From: Rotaria socialis
Taxonomy: Eukaryota
Length of the DNA: 64,000 nucleotides
Direction: 5' to 3'
Assembly (NCBI GenBank): GCA_905331295.1
Contig: CAJNYD010000333.1
Coordinates: 124,001-188,000 of the forward strand
The notes beneath the pieces are model-generated. The model made no database searches. It was not told the origin of the DNA and saw nothing but the letters and a program-made list of their open reading frames with translations. How positions within the stretch are numbered: position 1 is the stretch's first letter; each line of letters opens with the position of its first letter. The translations under genes and the position numbers were made by a program. Below are positions 1 through 13,384 of this stretch, piece after piece.

Positions 1-286
1 CATCTTAAACTAAACATAAAACTAAATCTATTTCTATCACTTATTTTCGAATTGATATCATGCAGTTGGGTGTCCATTTATATTCGACTTCGAACTAGGC
101 ATCTCACGGACAAGAAGGCTGTTCATTTCGAATACTGACAGGAGTTAATATCGTTCAGGGAAATATAAGATTTATAAATATCAAATGAACACTAACATTG
201 CTTTTATTAATACTCGAGTCGTTATCAATATCTCTATTAGTTTTTACTTTTATTGCTGAAAGAATTTTAACTTTTATCTTATTTAT

Positions 287-540
287 AACCCTAGTGAAGG
301 TACTCATAAACCGAATACTCAAAAAGTACTCACGCTAGAAAATGTCGCGAGTTCTCGTGAGTACCCGTGGCTTTGAGACTCATTAGTAGTACTTGTGCTT
401 GGATCTGAGTACGACTGTTGAGTATTCGCCTTATAAAATCGAATGTTTCGTGAGTACTCATCATACATTCTGTGAGTACTCTGGTTTTTTTTTGTAAAAT
501 ACTCAGACACAAATTTTGCTCAGTATCCTTTTACTAGGTT
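287..540. mobile_element. Probable MITE with imperfect terminal inverted repeats and internal GAGTACTC-like repeats
   Basis: Left end aaccctagtgaaggtactc resembles reverse complement of right end (aacctagtaaaaggatactg); many internal gagtac/tactc motifs; no credible ORF. Confidence 0.45.
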
Positions 541-1130
541 CAATTCATTTATTTCAAAAACTAATGATAGAACAGAGAGTTACACGATAACAATCTGAGA
601 AAACGAAGTGTTTCATCGTCTTAAAATTTGTTTAATTATGACACAGAGATAAAACATTTTTCCACAGAATGTAAGAAAAAACTATATAAAAACCTGTATT
701 AAGAGCGCTACAACATGTGTAAACACAAACACGCATGAGAAATAAATTATGGGTCAAATTAAGATACGTGATAACAATACACATTCACTTGAGATCGTTA
801 CAAAAAATATGAACATTTTAAATCGAAAACTATAATCGTTGAGTAAAAAGTACAAAAATGTATGAACTGTCTTCTATATTATTGATGCTTCGTCAGAATA
901 TTGAATCTCATGTTTTTGGAAAAATTTTTTCATTCGTCTTGTGTGTTTCATTAATTTTCACAAAAAAAATTAATTTTATCTAAAACAATATTTTAACTTT
1001 GATTTAAGACGTAAAATTTAACACATCATTTTATATTTTCAAATAAATATTTGGTCTTACTCGAGAAACGAATAGCTAAGACATTTCAAATTTCTTGAAA
1101 TTCAGACAAGTTTCTTTTTTTCTTTGCCTT

Positions 1131-1290
1131 TCAACGATTTTTATTATATCTTAAAGAAAAATATTACGTGATATTTTATGTATATATACNATAATATAGA
1201 AGACAGTTCATACATTTTTTGTACTTTTTACTCAACGATTATTATTATATCTTAAAGAAAAATATTACGTGATATTTTATGTATATATAC
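1131..1290. other. Short duplication/inversion around a single N (likely assembly junction)
   Basis: 1131-1189 is repeated at 1232-1290; 1191-1240 is an inverted copy of ~832-882; N at 1190; N-gap at 1510-1570. Confidence 0.6.
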
Positions 1291-1570
1291 TTATAAATAT
1301 AGAGAAGCTTGAACATTGTATCTTTTTTTTCTAGGTGACGCTGACGGACTATAACAGATGTGTTTTTTTAAATAGATAGTTTTGTTCAATTGTTTTTCTT
1401 TTTCTTTATTATTTTTGTATGCGATATGAACTTATTATATATTTCCTTACACATGTAATGTGCTTTTTGTGTATTTTTTTAATTCGATTAAAATATAATA
1501 CTACCGAAANNNNNNNNNNNNNNNNNNNNNNNNNNNNNNNNNNNNNNNNNNNNNNNNNNNNNNNNNNNNN

Positions 1571-1803
1571 TGTATGGATGCCTAAATAAAATTCATTTTA
1601 TTACAAGGATTTGTCAAAATGGCACGAATTTTAAGGAAACAAGAATCATACCAGAAAACAAGAACACAAGAATCTTGTCAGAAAGTTATGATCTGGTTTT
1701 TTTTCAGGCAAGAATCTTGTACAGAAAGAACGGCAGAAGAATCTTGTCTGATGTCCAAAAAAAACAAGAATCTGGACAGATCGAAGTCACGATCGTCGAC
1801 TAG
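1571..1803. repeat. End of a repeat element with CAAGAATCTTG subrepeats, truncated by the N-gap
   Basis: About six caagaatc(t/a) motifs ending in gatcgaagtcacgatcgtcgactag. Confidence 0.45.
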
Positions 1804-1944
1804 TATGAGTAGTTTGATAATCTATTTTAGGTAATGTACATTCTTTTCTTTTCAGTCTTAACATTTCATAATGACTTGCGACAAACATTCGAGTATAATC
1901 AGTGAGTTCTTTCCAATGTCCACCATTGATAAGACGATCGATAT

Positions 1945-2173
1945 CCAAGGGCGAACAGCCCAGCCTGGAAACGGTCGGTTCCGGGTAGTTTCGTCAATTT
2001 TGTGGAAGCAGTATTCCGGTTGGGAAATTTTCGGACGTTTTTCGGTGATTTTTGATCGGAATACTGCTTCCATGTTCCAGCAATTTCCCGTGTTTTCCTG
2101 CAGGATATGGCGACTTTCCCGTAGACTTCCTGGAGTATCCTACTGGATCTGGTGGCCGGAATGTTCGACCTGC
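1945..2173. mobile_element. GC-rich MITE inserted in the 3' part of the glycosyltransferase pseudogene
   Basis: Termini ccaagggcgaa / ttcgacctgc; internal inverted pair ggaagcagtattccg / cggaatactgcttcc; host reading frame resumes after it (IDRLINGGHWKEL). Confidence 0.7.
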
Positions 2174-2769
2174 TATATTAAAACGAATAGAATTCATCTA
2201 AATCATACATTTCCGTATGTGAAACAGAATGAAATGCATTTGGCTCAGGATCACTATCAAAAATATTTTTGCCATGTAACTTAAATGTACGATCAGGATT
2301 AGCATTCCGAAAACCTGGCATCTTCGTTAGTTGAATACCTAATTTATGTATTAAACATGCCAAGGCTATATTCGGACATGTCTTGCATCCTTTTTGCATT
2401 TGATTGCCAAATATTTTCGACATAATTCGTTAGATGAGGTATCAACAACTCGACTAGTTTTGAGCTTAGAAGAAAGCCAGTACCAACAGTTGGATATTCA
2501 ATTCTAGATGTTTTATCTTTTTGATCTGAACATTGTGCTCGAGTAGTATGATCACCAATAACAAGTTTAAGCTTGTTATTTGGTCATATTGATCTAATCT
2601 TTTGAGTATATGAGGAACATTAACGCAAGTATCACATTCAGCTAGATAATACCATATTTGTGGATTTGATGAATTGTTTTTTTGTTGTTTATAAATAATT
2701 TGTAAACCATCAGAGATTTTTTTCATATTAGAAAACTTGTCTTCGCCGGTTCCTTTAATAACTGTAACC

Positions 2770-3003
2770 CAAGGGGGGAAAAGCTGATTTAAATCACAGT
2801 AAAACTCAACTTACAATCAATATAAATTAACTGTATCGGAATGAGTTTGCGTGAGTTTCGGTGCCTTTGAATGATTTTCAGTAATAATTTATGATTTGGA
2901 ATAGTTTTTAGTTAGTTTAGCAAATTTTTCGTTTTCTCAAACTCATTTTAAATCAGCTAAACTCAGAAAAATCATGAAACTCATAAATCGCTTTTTCCCC
3001 CTG
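2770..3003. mobile_element. 234 bp MITE with 9 bp target-site duplication
   Basis: TIRs caaggggggaaaagc / gctttttccccctg; exact flanking actgtaacc at 2761-2769 and 3004-3012; removal restores frame PVTVIKGTGEDK. Confidence 0.9.
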
Positions 3004-6000
3004 ACTGTAACCGGTAACCATGGATAAGGTGTTGCACTAAGAAAATATTTATTAGTACTCGAGAAAGCTATGTGTCTCGAACCGATGTGGCTCTTGTATG
3101 ATAAAACATTGAAGCTGTAATTATGGCAAAGCCAATGTCGGATTCATTATAATTTTCAGCTGGTTTCCAGTCATTGGTCGGAGTACTTACTTTAGAACAA
3201 TAGGGAAAAAGAACGGAAACATGATTATACGATGGTCCGTATTGACCACATACATAACTTGATACATTGAAGATATCATTTGGATTAAAGATTGGTTTAA
3301 TCTTTGTATTTTCTACTGAAATTTTAACATTTTGGTTTACCGAAAACGAAAATGTGTTTATAGGTGAATTTGTGTAATTTCTATATTGAAGTAAAAATAA
3401 AACGATGAATACAAATACAGCGAAAATTATACATTGTACTTTTGTTAAAAATGGCAATGACCGTTTTACAACAAGCATAATTTTAATATGAAGAAAACTT
3501 CATTAATTATTATTTTAATCTAAAAATTTTAAAGATGTCAATCAGTTTTGAAAATTTTCCGTAACTTTACACTTCATAAATATTGAATGCTTAAATTTCC
3601 TGTTGCTACCATCTCGACAATAATTTTTTTATTGTTGAAAGAGCAAAGTCAAAAGGTCGATCGGTAGTATTTGTAGATAGAATTTTGTGATGGTGACGTA
3701 ACAAAATATACAGACTTTAATCAGCGAACTGATTTTTAAACTCAACTTTATTTAAGATAACTAAACTATTCAGTATTAACGCTTAGAGATGTTCAGAACA
3801 GATTGAAAATGGATGTTTCTAAATTTTCATTCTTGAAATTGTAGTGAAAATTCTGATGCTTCCGTCTATAACTATATAATAAACTGTGTCCCTTCTCAGC
3901 TACTAATAGCTTTTCTCAAAAGAATATTTATTGTTCGCTGAAATCAGCTGATTGGTGTTAGACAGAAACTGAATAGTAGACTCTTAACTGCTTATCTCTA
4001 AAACAATTCTGTTAACTTACAATACCATATTTCTAAATGTCTTAGGCATGTTGATCACTTGATTCTTTGCTCAAATATAATACAAACGGAAGACGTATCG
4101 CAACCTACACAATTTAGTACTACGATCGTTTGTCCTTGTGTGATAAATGAAGACATACTTTGATTTACAACGGAAAAAAAACATATCAATGGCCCTTTTC
4201 TGATCGAATCTGTATGTAATGTCTTCGTTTCGCTTCGCTCGCCAATGTTTTAAATCATATCGGTACGAAAAAGATCTCGGATGTATGCAATTGTATCACT
4301 TAATCGTGCAATAAAAATGCTTACACGTCCATATGAACTTTCTATTCGTCACTCTCGATTTGTGATTCACTATTTTTGATCTACCGTGTTGCTGGTTGAT
4401 TGTTTTATCTTTACTTTTGTCAGTATCTTCGTTTTAAGGATGGTGAAGTATTCAATAAGAATTAAGTTTTTAATTTATCATCTCGAAAATTCAAACGGGA
4501 TCTATTGCTGAGTGGCGGACCTTAAGGCACGCGACGCATGCTATTTTATTTTCATTACTTCATAAATCATTACATAGAAAACAGAAAAGAAAATTGTGAC
4601 ATGGCCACGGGGCAATTGAAAGAGATATTGATAGGATGAAGAAAACGCCTCACAGTTCACCATGCACGCTAAGAAAGAAAAAAAGCAAAATGCACTTGTC
4701 GGTCAATAATAAATAATACATTGTACGTATATATCTACTGAATGATTGACTATACCTCGATTATAGCTGTTAAGTATATTTTTGGAAAGTAATAATTTCG
4801 ATTTGATAATTTATTTATTGTAAAAACCATTTTAGTTAACTGTTCAAACATAAATAACAACCTTATTTATTATGTTTAGCGTTAAGTCATAAGCTTTCTT
4901 TTGCCGATCTTTTCATATAGAGAATTCTATTATTTATAATCGTTTGTTGGGTGCTACTTTTCAATGCAATTCGACTTGAGATTATAGTATAGCCGAACTT
5001 TATTTAAGTATCGAGCATCAAGCAATAAAATAAATCTTGTACAGGAAAATGCGGCTCGTAAAAGATAAAATTTGATTGGTTTAATTGCTAATATCATTTG
5101 GTGCACATTTTTAAAATAAATTACAGAGAAACATTTCATCGAATATAATTGATATATCACATCTCAAGATACAGAACCATGACTTTTCTTTTTTATTCAT
5201 TAAACGCCTCCGAAGAAGCAGCAAAAATTGCACCACTCCAGCAAAGCCGAAATGTGCGGGATATTGGGTATTAGTTTTCAACTAGCAATAACCTCTCCTC
5301 GCGAAACGCTCATTGGATAAGGTATTGCCGCTGCGCAAAGATAACTTCTCATCCAAATCGTCCATCCTTTTACATTCAAGTTTATCCAAAACAAAATCGG
5401 TGAATGAATGATGAACGGACAGGGCGAAACTATGAGTCATGATGATGCAATAGGGAAAGAGAAGAATGAGAGAAAAGAAAGCAAAAGAAATTATTTTTTT
5501 CTTCTGATTCTTCCATGATATCATTTCTATAAAGAAATTGTTTTTTTTTTCTAGACGGTGTAATCTTATCAGATATATAGTTATGTTTTTGCTGCATGAC
5601 GGGAAATACAATTTAAAAAATGAACTTTTCTTTTCTTTGTGGGGAAAAAATTCTCATAGATAACAACTAACATTTGTTTTGTTCTACACTTTCGCAGATT
5701 GATGAATAACTCCTTGTTTTTCTTGGAAAATAATTATATAATAATAATAGTACAAATGTTGAGAACTATTGTACCAAACAATTTCTTCTTAAATTATCTA
5801 TGAAGAGGTCCGAAAATTTTCTCATTTAAAAAATGTTTTTCCGCTTGAAACGACATCTTCATTATCAAACTATTGTATGCATGTTTCGTTTAGAGTTTTC
5901 GAACGATCACTCTTTAGAAGAAGAGCAGCTAAATATCGATAAATGTAGTTCATTTGAATCTTCATTGTAAACAAATGTATTTTGTACTGCTGTCCCATTG

Positions 6001-7037
6001 ATTTGTTGAATTTTGTTTTTGAATAACATTAGCAAAAACAATAGCTTCTACATGTGGGTGTATCATCTCATACTTAACTCCACTATTGAAGAGGTGTCAT
6101 CTTTGAATGTGCTATCAACAGTTATAATTTGAACTGTTGATTGATCTAAGATATTTGTCTTGCAATGGGAAGTTTGTCAACAAAACATATGAAATCTGTT
6201 GCAAAAATAAGGCGTTAGCTTCCAATGCAAGACTCCGGATTTGTTTTTTCGAATATTAATTATGCATGCCATTCAACGAAAAAATATAAGCAGGAAGAGA
6301 AAACAAGACAAAAGGGTAACATTTAGATATATTTTAATAGATGCTTTGGATTTATTCAAAGTATTGCTTTACACTAAGAAACAAGGACAAAATAGGTTAT
6401 TTTGCTCGAAAACAGTACATGTAATTACGATGCCTGAAGTGGTTGACCACGCGCAACATACAATTTTCAAATAAATTTTGGTGCCAATCTCTTAATAAAC
6501 GTGAAACAAGCTTCTTGATTGACTTCTGATGCAAAAACGAATGCGAAGAGTACTGCTATTGAGGAGAAAAAACTGATCAACTAGCTAGATAAAGTGTAAA
6601 TTGAACTCTGATAAAGTTTCGTGCAGTTTTTGAGAATCTGTTTTTCGATTGGTTCAAAAAAGTCGAATTCTTCATCATGGAGCTTTCTTACTCACATTGC
6701 CTTTTGTGCTGAAATTGTAAACGAAAAGTTAGATCATGAGCTACAGTTACCATTGTAAATTATTTTCAATGATTTTATTGTTTTTGCCAGTTTTAGCAAC
6801 GATAATGCGTTTTACTATGCGAATTACAGGCAGGAAATCGAAGGGAATATGCTACTGCCACGAACTGTGATATTCACGTGTTTGCGAAAGGAAACCATGT
6901 CTATAAGTAACGGGCAGGTATAACGATCGACGCAGAGATTGTGCGTCAAAAAAAAGGGCTTCGATATTTATTCGATTTCAACAAATCATAAAACCTCATC
7001 GATAGAAAAGAATAAAAAAATAAAAATTCGTATGAGC

Positions 7038-8074
7038 TCATCTTTGAGAAGAACTACCATCAGGAATTGTGGATGTTGAATCAGTTAGTCCTTTGAGTCT
7101 ATTGTTTTTTTTTCTTCCTTCAGATCGATTGAATATTTTGATCTTGCGTCGATGGATTAATGCATAAATAATTAAACATCCCAATAGACCAATAATCGTA
7201 AGACCACCAGAGATTAATCCCAATACAAGAGGCAGTTTAGATTTTGACTTTTGTGATGTTTTTCTTGAATTTTTCTTATCGTTGCTAGTCGTAGTTATTA
7301 TAATCAATCCTTTTCTATATTGGAAGAACAATAAATATTTTTCTACAAAAAAAGTAAACCGTAAAAAAATGACTTGTTTGCTGTTATAGTTGTTGTATGA
7401 TCGATGTTTGATGAAGCCGTTGCATTTGGAAGGGATGCTTCCTCTTCATAGTCTGCGATTGCATCTGAATTATCTCTAATATTCAGAAGAGAACAAGACA
7501 TGAATGCATTGAAGTATTTTTTAAAAAATAATCTTCTCCTAATTTTTTGAGATGAAAACAAAAAGTTCGATGTTTTTGTGAGATATTCTATCGTACTCGT
7601 CCTTAAATAATTTTTTTTCCGCATGCACTCCTCTCATCGATGATATGTTTTTACTACATACAATATTTCTGATTGTGACCCATCGGCATCTTCTGTGACA
7701 GTCTCTGTCATTTCCGTTGTTATGCTTATTATTGGTAACTCTGTAGTCGTGATTGTCGTGGTAGTAGTTGGCTTTGGTGTAGTAGTTGATATTGTCGTGG
7801 TAGTAGTTGATATTGTCGTGGTTGTTGATTTTTTCGTGGCAGTTGACTTTTTCGTCGTAGTTGATGTTGCCGTGGTAGCCGATACTACTGTGGTATTTTG
7901 TACTTTCGTGGTAATTTGCTTTGTTGTACTATTTGTTGGTTTTGTCTTTGCAGTTGCCTTTGGCTTTGCCGATGACAGTGCTGCTCGTGCAGCCATTGAT
8001 TCTGTAACTTCATAGTTACAGAAAATAAGAAATGTGTAAAGAAAATATGGAAAAATGAAAAGAGATAAAATCAT
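7038..8074 (-). CDS. Mucin-like type I membrane protein (signal peptide, Thr/Lys-rich stalk, single TM); probably 3 exons
   Basis: Hydrophobic N-terminus, long Thr-rich tract, TM LPLVLGLISGGLTIIGLLGCLIIYALI followed by HRRK. Confidence 0.7.
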
Positions 8075-8762
8075 ATTGTAAAAGAAATTTAATATTTATG
8101 ACTAAATGTGTAGGAAATACAAAAAAATCTAAATAGTTTCATTGTTACTAAGCTAAACAAGAAAAACAGGCGCCACTCTTTCAGTTCAATTAATATTTCG
8201 AATACAAAGGAAAATAGTGCAAATGGAAAAATAAATAACATTTTAAATTCCAGCGTGAGTCGTACGTGTGTATGCAAATTTAATTGAAAAATTTCAATTG
8301 CATGTCTACAGACACACCTTATTTTTTCCTGTTGATGTCTTATTTGTTCGGACATTCTATTTTCTAATTATATGAAGAATGTCTATCCAAAAGCACAAGC
8401 ACTCTATTAAACTTACGTTGACTTCAGCTAACTTTTTTGAGATGAACCATATTTGGTAAACACCTAGTATGTGTTTTTATAGACAAGGAAGTTTCTGGGA
8501 AAAAATAGACCGATTTTTTTCTCTCTTTTGGACCTTGTAGAGCACTGTGGATGATACACACTCTTCTCTCGTTACACTTACACTAACATTTTCCCCTTAG
8601 AAACTCTTCATTTTATCCACTATTGTTGAATAGAAATCAAAATTAAGTGATAAATCATACTTATCAATTGACACCATATATTTTAAGATTTTTTATTAAT
8701 ACATAAATCTCACAGTTAACCATGAAATAGAGATACATAATTTGAAGCAAAAAATATAAGAT

Positions 8763-9437
8763 TTACGTTTTACTGACACCACCACAACAAGGACCACTTT
8801 CTTCTGGTTTTAATTTAGGCGCAGGAAAAGAACCACTCGGTTTTTGTAATGCACTTGCTGGTTGTTTTGCAACCACTTGCCTTGCAACATCCATAAATAT
8901 TTCCATTACATTATCACCTAGTCTCGCTGATGTCTCCATAAAAGTAAGACCATTTTCTTCAGCATATTCTGCTACCTCACGTTTGGCTACTTGTCGTTGG
9001 TTTCCCGTTGCTAAATCTACTTTATTTCCTGCTAAGCCAATAACCACATCATCACCATTGGCTTGTCGTAATTCTTTCACCCACAGTTTAGCTCGTCGAA
9101 GAGAATCACTATTGCTTATATCATATACAACGAGTGCAGCTTGAGCACCACGATAATACATTGGAGCGAGAGAATGATATCTACAATAATTTATAATAAT
9201 ATGCTTAGAACAAGAAAATACCAATCAAATTCACCTTTCTTGACCAGCTGTATCCCATAATTCAATCTTGAGTATAGTATCAGCATTGATGTGTAGAGTA
9301 TGTGTGAGAAAAGCAGCACCGATTGTTGTTTCACCATGTTCTTGATAGTGTCCCTTAGCGAATCGAGCTGCTAGACAAGATTTGCCTACACCCGTGTGTC
9401 CTAATATAACCATTTTACAGTGGCAGACACGATTCAT
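8763..9437 (-). CDS. Rab5-like: Rab5-family small GTPase, 2 exons (intron ~9234-9181)
   Basis: [47 protein letters not shown] and C-terminal CC prenylation motif. Confidence 0.92.
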
Positions 9438-10664
9438 TATTTTTGCACCGATGAAAATAGGCCGATATGAAAGAACGTAATGATATTATTGCTTTTTGTT
9501 AAATGTTTGTTGTCACTTCATATCTACATAACGTGCTGCTGTGTGAATCATCTTCATAGGTCGCCTGTGTGCCTTATCTTTTGCGATATAAGAAAAAGAA
9601 GATGTTAAAAAGGAAGAAAAATAAAGTATTTATATTTGTTCTAAAAGAACCTACCTGTGATAATCATTTCGAAAATGTCCATGTAATAATTTTATTATTC
9701 TAATCTAATCATGTGAATATCTAAAAAGTTCAAACAAACAATGAAATTAGTTATTAATGAAAATTGGACATAAATCATCAAATACTTATACAATCTATTG
9801 GTTGCTCATGCTTAACAAGAATTCTTTTCATTCTATAAAAATGGATTGATTGAATAGATGAATAAAAAAATCAGATAATGGTTAAACCAGAGAGCATCCA
9901 AGCATAAAAAGACGTTAAAAGACTTGATATTCTAGATATAATTTATACAATCTGTACGCTGTAGCCTGCCTGACTAGTTTAATACATAGATTTACTTTTC
10001 GATAATAACAGTCATCGGATATTTGGCAGGTTTTTTTTCTTCTTCTAAATATGCAGGTATCAAGTGAAAGAGTCATGTTTTTATATTTAGACCTTCGATT
10101 TTTACCATGACAAAGCGTCATTTAAAATGCATTAGTCGTGATAGATATTAGAAAAATAAGCAACACATTTTATGCTTGTGTCACGTTATTTTTCAAGGAT
10201 TACTTGAAAGCTATTTCCATCATTGAGTTTTGTCAGATTTTGTTTAGATAAGAAAATCTGACTGTATAGAAGTAGATGAAGGAGAAACTTAAATTCTATA
10301 TTTTTTGTTGTTGTTGAAACCAATCGTAAAATCATCTATTCAATATTCAACGATGCATGATATTCTTATCTTCATTTTAGTTAAACTAATAAATATTTCT
10401 AATGATGAAATTAAGCTAATTTTTCTAGGCGTGAAAAATTTAATTTCTTATTCTCACACAAAACTTGGTTAGTCAAAAGTCATCATAAACATATTTCGCG
10501 ACACAAAATAATCATTGATACGCTATTCAAATATGATTTTTCTGCCTTTCGTTTTTCTTTCTTTACATTCATCAGCTTATTTTTCCATCTATAGAAAATT
10601 ATTCAAGCGTAGCGTTTATATCTATTGGTTATTTCAGCACTCGAGCAACACGACGATATATAGA

Positions 10665-11516
10665 ATGTCTACTAGTACTAATGATAAGAATGCACAACGT
10701 GCCATTGATTATATGAGTGGCGCACGATATAAAGGAGAGTATAAAAATGGTAAACGCCATGGCTTTGGCAAACTCACTCTATCTAATGGGTCTTTTTATG
10801 AAGGCCGATTTGTGGAGAATGAAAAGCATGGTTTCGGTATTTATAAATGGTCGAATGGAGCCATTTATGAAGGAGAATTTGCGCATGATCAGCCGCATGG
10901 TAAAGGAAAATTAACGTCACGTAGTGGAGACATTTATGATGGAGTTTGGGCTAACGGGAAGCGCCATGGGCAAGGTACAACTACGTGGAAAGATGGAAAT
11001 GCTTATGAAGGTCTTTATGATCAAAATGAAAAACATGGTTTTGGTAAGCATACATGGAAAGATAAAGGATCTACGTATGCTGGTACTTGGGAACATAATA
11101 CGCCTCACGGTCGAGGACGATATCAATATGGAAATGATGATGTATATGAAGGTGCATTTAAACAAGGAAAAAGACATGGACAAGGAAAGTTAACATACGC
11201 TAATGGAGATATTTATGAAGGTGAATATGCTGAAGATTTAAAACATGGTACCGGGAGATTTTCATGGGCTAATGGGGATTCATATTATGGACAATTCAGT
11301 AATGGACTTCCAGAAGGTACTGGAGAATACATATGGGCATCGAAAGATGCGCCTGAAACATCAACGTCACCTGTTGAAGAACGAATATCAAAATCTGAAA
11401 AGAAACATACACGAAAGATATCCTCACGACATTCAGGTGAAAGTCGACACTCTTCGCAATCTGATTCGTTACTTAAAAATATTCAAAGCAGTTCTATTTA
11501 TTCAGAAACATTTTAA
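10665..11516 (+). CDS. MORN-repeat protein
   Basis: About nine tandem YeGef.ngkrHG.Gk.t..nG repeats plus Ser-rich tail; ATG at 10665 chosen over the upstream TTG. Confidence 0.9.
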   Translation: MSTSTNDKNAQRAIDYMSGARYKGEYKNGKRHGFGKLTLSNGSFYEGRFVENEKHGFGIYKWSNGAIYEGEFAHDQPHGKGKLTSRSGDIYDGVWANGKRHGQGTTTWKDGNAYEGLYDQNEKHGFGKHTWKDKGSTYAGTWEHNTPHGRGRYQYGNDDVYEGAFKQGKRHGQGKLTYANGDIYEGEYAEDLKHGTGRFSWANGDSYYGQFSNGLPEGTGEYIWASKDAPETSTSPVEERISKSEKKHTRKISSRHSGESRHSSQSDSLLKNIQSSSIYSETF

Positions 11517-12268
11517 TGACAATATTATAAAAGTTTTAATATAATTTAATAAATAGGCGTTTCTCTAAAGTGGCAAAGTATAGGTCATGAAGAAAAATAT
11601 GTGCATAGAATAAAAACAAATAATTTCTTCCTTAACTGAACATATGTTCAAAACGAACAATTTGAGAATTTCTATACTGACAGTTATGTATAGATGACTA
11701 ACGGCTTTTTCTCTACGGATTGATCATTCGATATGTACGCTGTGATCGATATTTAATCTTGTAGATAGTATTATTTCTAGTAGACCTATCGACGTATTGA
11801 ACACGTTGCTTCGAATTATGCGTAATTACAATCTTAGTGAGTGTACTTTGTTTCTTCTTTCCAAAGTAGAAACTGAATTTCCATCGAAGAAAATTCTTTT
11901 AATTCATATTTGTTAAGAACATAGTCACTTATGCCGATAAAGTCATGAGCTAGTTTTTTTACAAGTTCCAAATAGCGTTTGTCGTTTTCTAACGAACACA
12001 TGTCTTTATTCATTCACGGTATCGTCAAGTTTTTCTTTCAAAATATGTGTTAACTTGCTTTTTTTAATATTTAAGCGACTCATTTATCATTTGTCATCAC
12101 ATACTGTCACGTATTTTTCATTCTGCTTGAGCTATCCTATGCAAATCTGTCAGAGGATCAATATTTAACTTCTCTGTTTTTCTATTTTTCTAATACAAAA
12201 CACCGAGAAAAAAACCTACTTTCTTCTATATCATAGCAAAAAGTTCATTTAGATTTTACTAGTAAGTC

Positions 12269-13062
12269 ATGAAGGCTTTTTGCATTGCGACTTTTGTTGT
12301 ATTTATTGCTTCTATCTATGCGAACATTCATTTTTCTTTTTCAAATGTGCCTACAATACTCTCAATAAATGCGCACGAAATAAAAATTGAAGGTAATAAT
12401 AGTACAGTAGATTTATGAGCGTTACTTTTACTTGACTTAGTATTTAGTTCATAGAAAAGTTAATAAGCCAAAATTTCCATCTTACGTTCGTATTCATGAT
12501 GGGACAACAAAGCAATTAGTTTATGATGTCGACGTAAGCGCAAATAATAGCAATATCACATATTTCAATCAGACAGTTACTTTTTCCATACCGGATTCCT
12601 TTCAATGGCATACAAATACTGAATATAATATAGCAATAGACGAGGGTGTCCTGTATTCTGATAGTCTATCGAATCCAACTGCTGAATTTCATCGAATATC
12701 TTCAAGTGCCAAAGTTAGTAACGATGGAGATCCATCGACCAACGTGAGTATAGCAACTCATTTAACATCCGACAGTACTCAAACAAATGTGCTTTCTGAT
12801 TCTGACACGAGCAATCCTACCACTGTGACAACCACCACAAAATCTAGTACTACCACCGGACGAGCACTTGTACAAGGTAGTTCTATTTTTTATTTCTAGA
12901 AAAGAATAATAATGTATTTTTGCTTTTCAAGGCGAACAGTCCGCAACACGTTCGGCACAATTAGGGATGATCTTGGGTATAATATTATTTTTAGTAATCG
13001 TCAGCGCTGAAATAATATATTTCAAATATGTCTATCCTGGCAGACAACCGCGTGGCATATAG
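12269..13062 (+). CDS. Type I membrane protein: signal peptide, Ig-like (Big_5-like) beta domain, S/T stalk, TM; exons 12269-12392, 12448-12876, 12932-13062
   Basis: Manual translation MKAFCIATFVVFIASIYA...VHRKVNKPKFPSYVRIHD...YNIAIDEGVL...TTTTKSSTTT...LGMILGIILFLVIVSAEIIYF; two 55 bp GT-AG phase-1 introns keep the frame open; absent from ORF track. Confidence 0.75.
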
Positions 13063-13384
13063 AAGAAAATAATTTGTTTCACAGCAACATCTATCGGCTT
13101 GCATGGCGCATGTTCTATAAATACATGTATTGACATCCAAAAAAGCACAATCATTTGCCATTATATTCCAACCAACGAAAAACACTCTGACTCTGCTAAG
13201 AATGAATAGGAAAACGAGTATTTTCTTCGTCTTCTTTCTTTTCTTTTCTTTTCTTTTTGTTTTGTTCTCTTCGTACTCAGTAAAATAATATCGGTAAACT
13301 ATATTACACACACATATATATATATATATGTATCCGGAAAGAGATTGACGGCAAAAGAAAAGAGAATAATAATCGAAGAAGAAA

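Larger units (their letters stand above)
1800..3478 (-). pseudogene. GT31/fringe-like type II membrane glycosyltransferase pseudogene
   Basis: N-terminal TM anchor; reconstructed motifs IITASMFYHTRATSVRDT(W>stop at 3068-3070), WYYLAECDTCVN (degenerate DDDTY), YPTVGTGFLLS, IALACLIHKLGI, NAFH; several frameshifts; two MITE insertions. Confidence 0.8.

Noticed and set aside
1620..1780. CRISPR-like spacing of CAAGAATC repeats (also GAGTACTC at 300-520 and GGACATATA at 57360-57405)
   Set aside because: Repeats short and irregular, eukaryotic context, no cas genes; typical MITE subterminal or minisatellite repeats
1858..2284. ORFs of 67-137 aa on both strands
   Set aside because: Run through a GC-rich MITE and the pseudogene; no protein-like features
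5282..5611. Possible secreted peptide precursor (hydrophobic stretch, KR/RR sites)
   Set aside because: No recognisable family, repeated peptide or consistent exon structure
7695..8015. Val-rich 106 aa ORF on plus strand
   Set aside because: Antisense shadow of the Thr-rich mucin-like exon
10717..11544. Several Met-rich alternative-frame ORFs
   Set aside because: Off-frame by-products of MORN repeat codons
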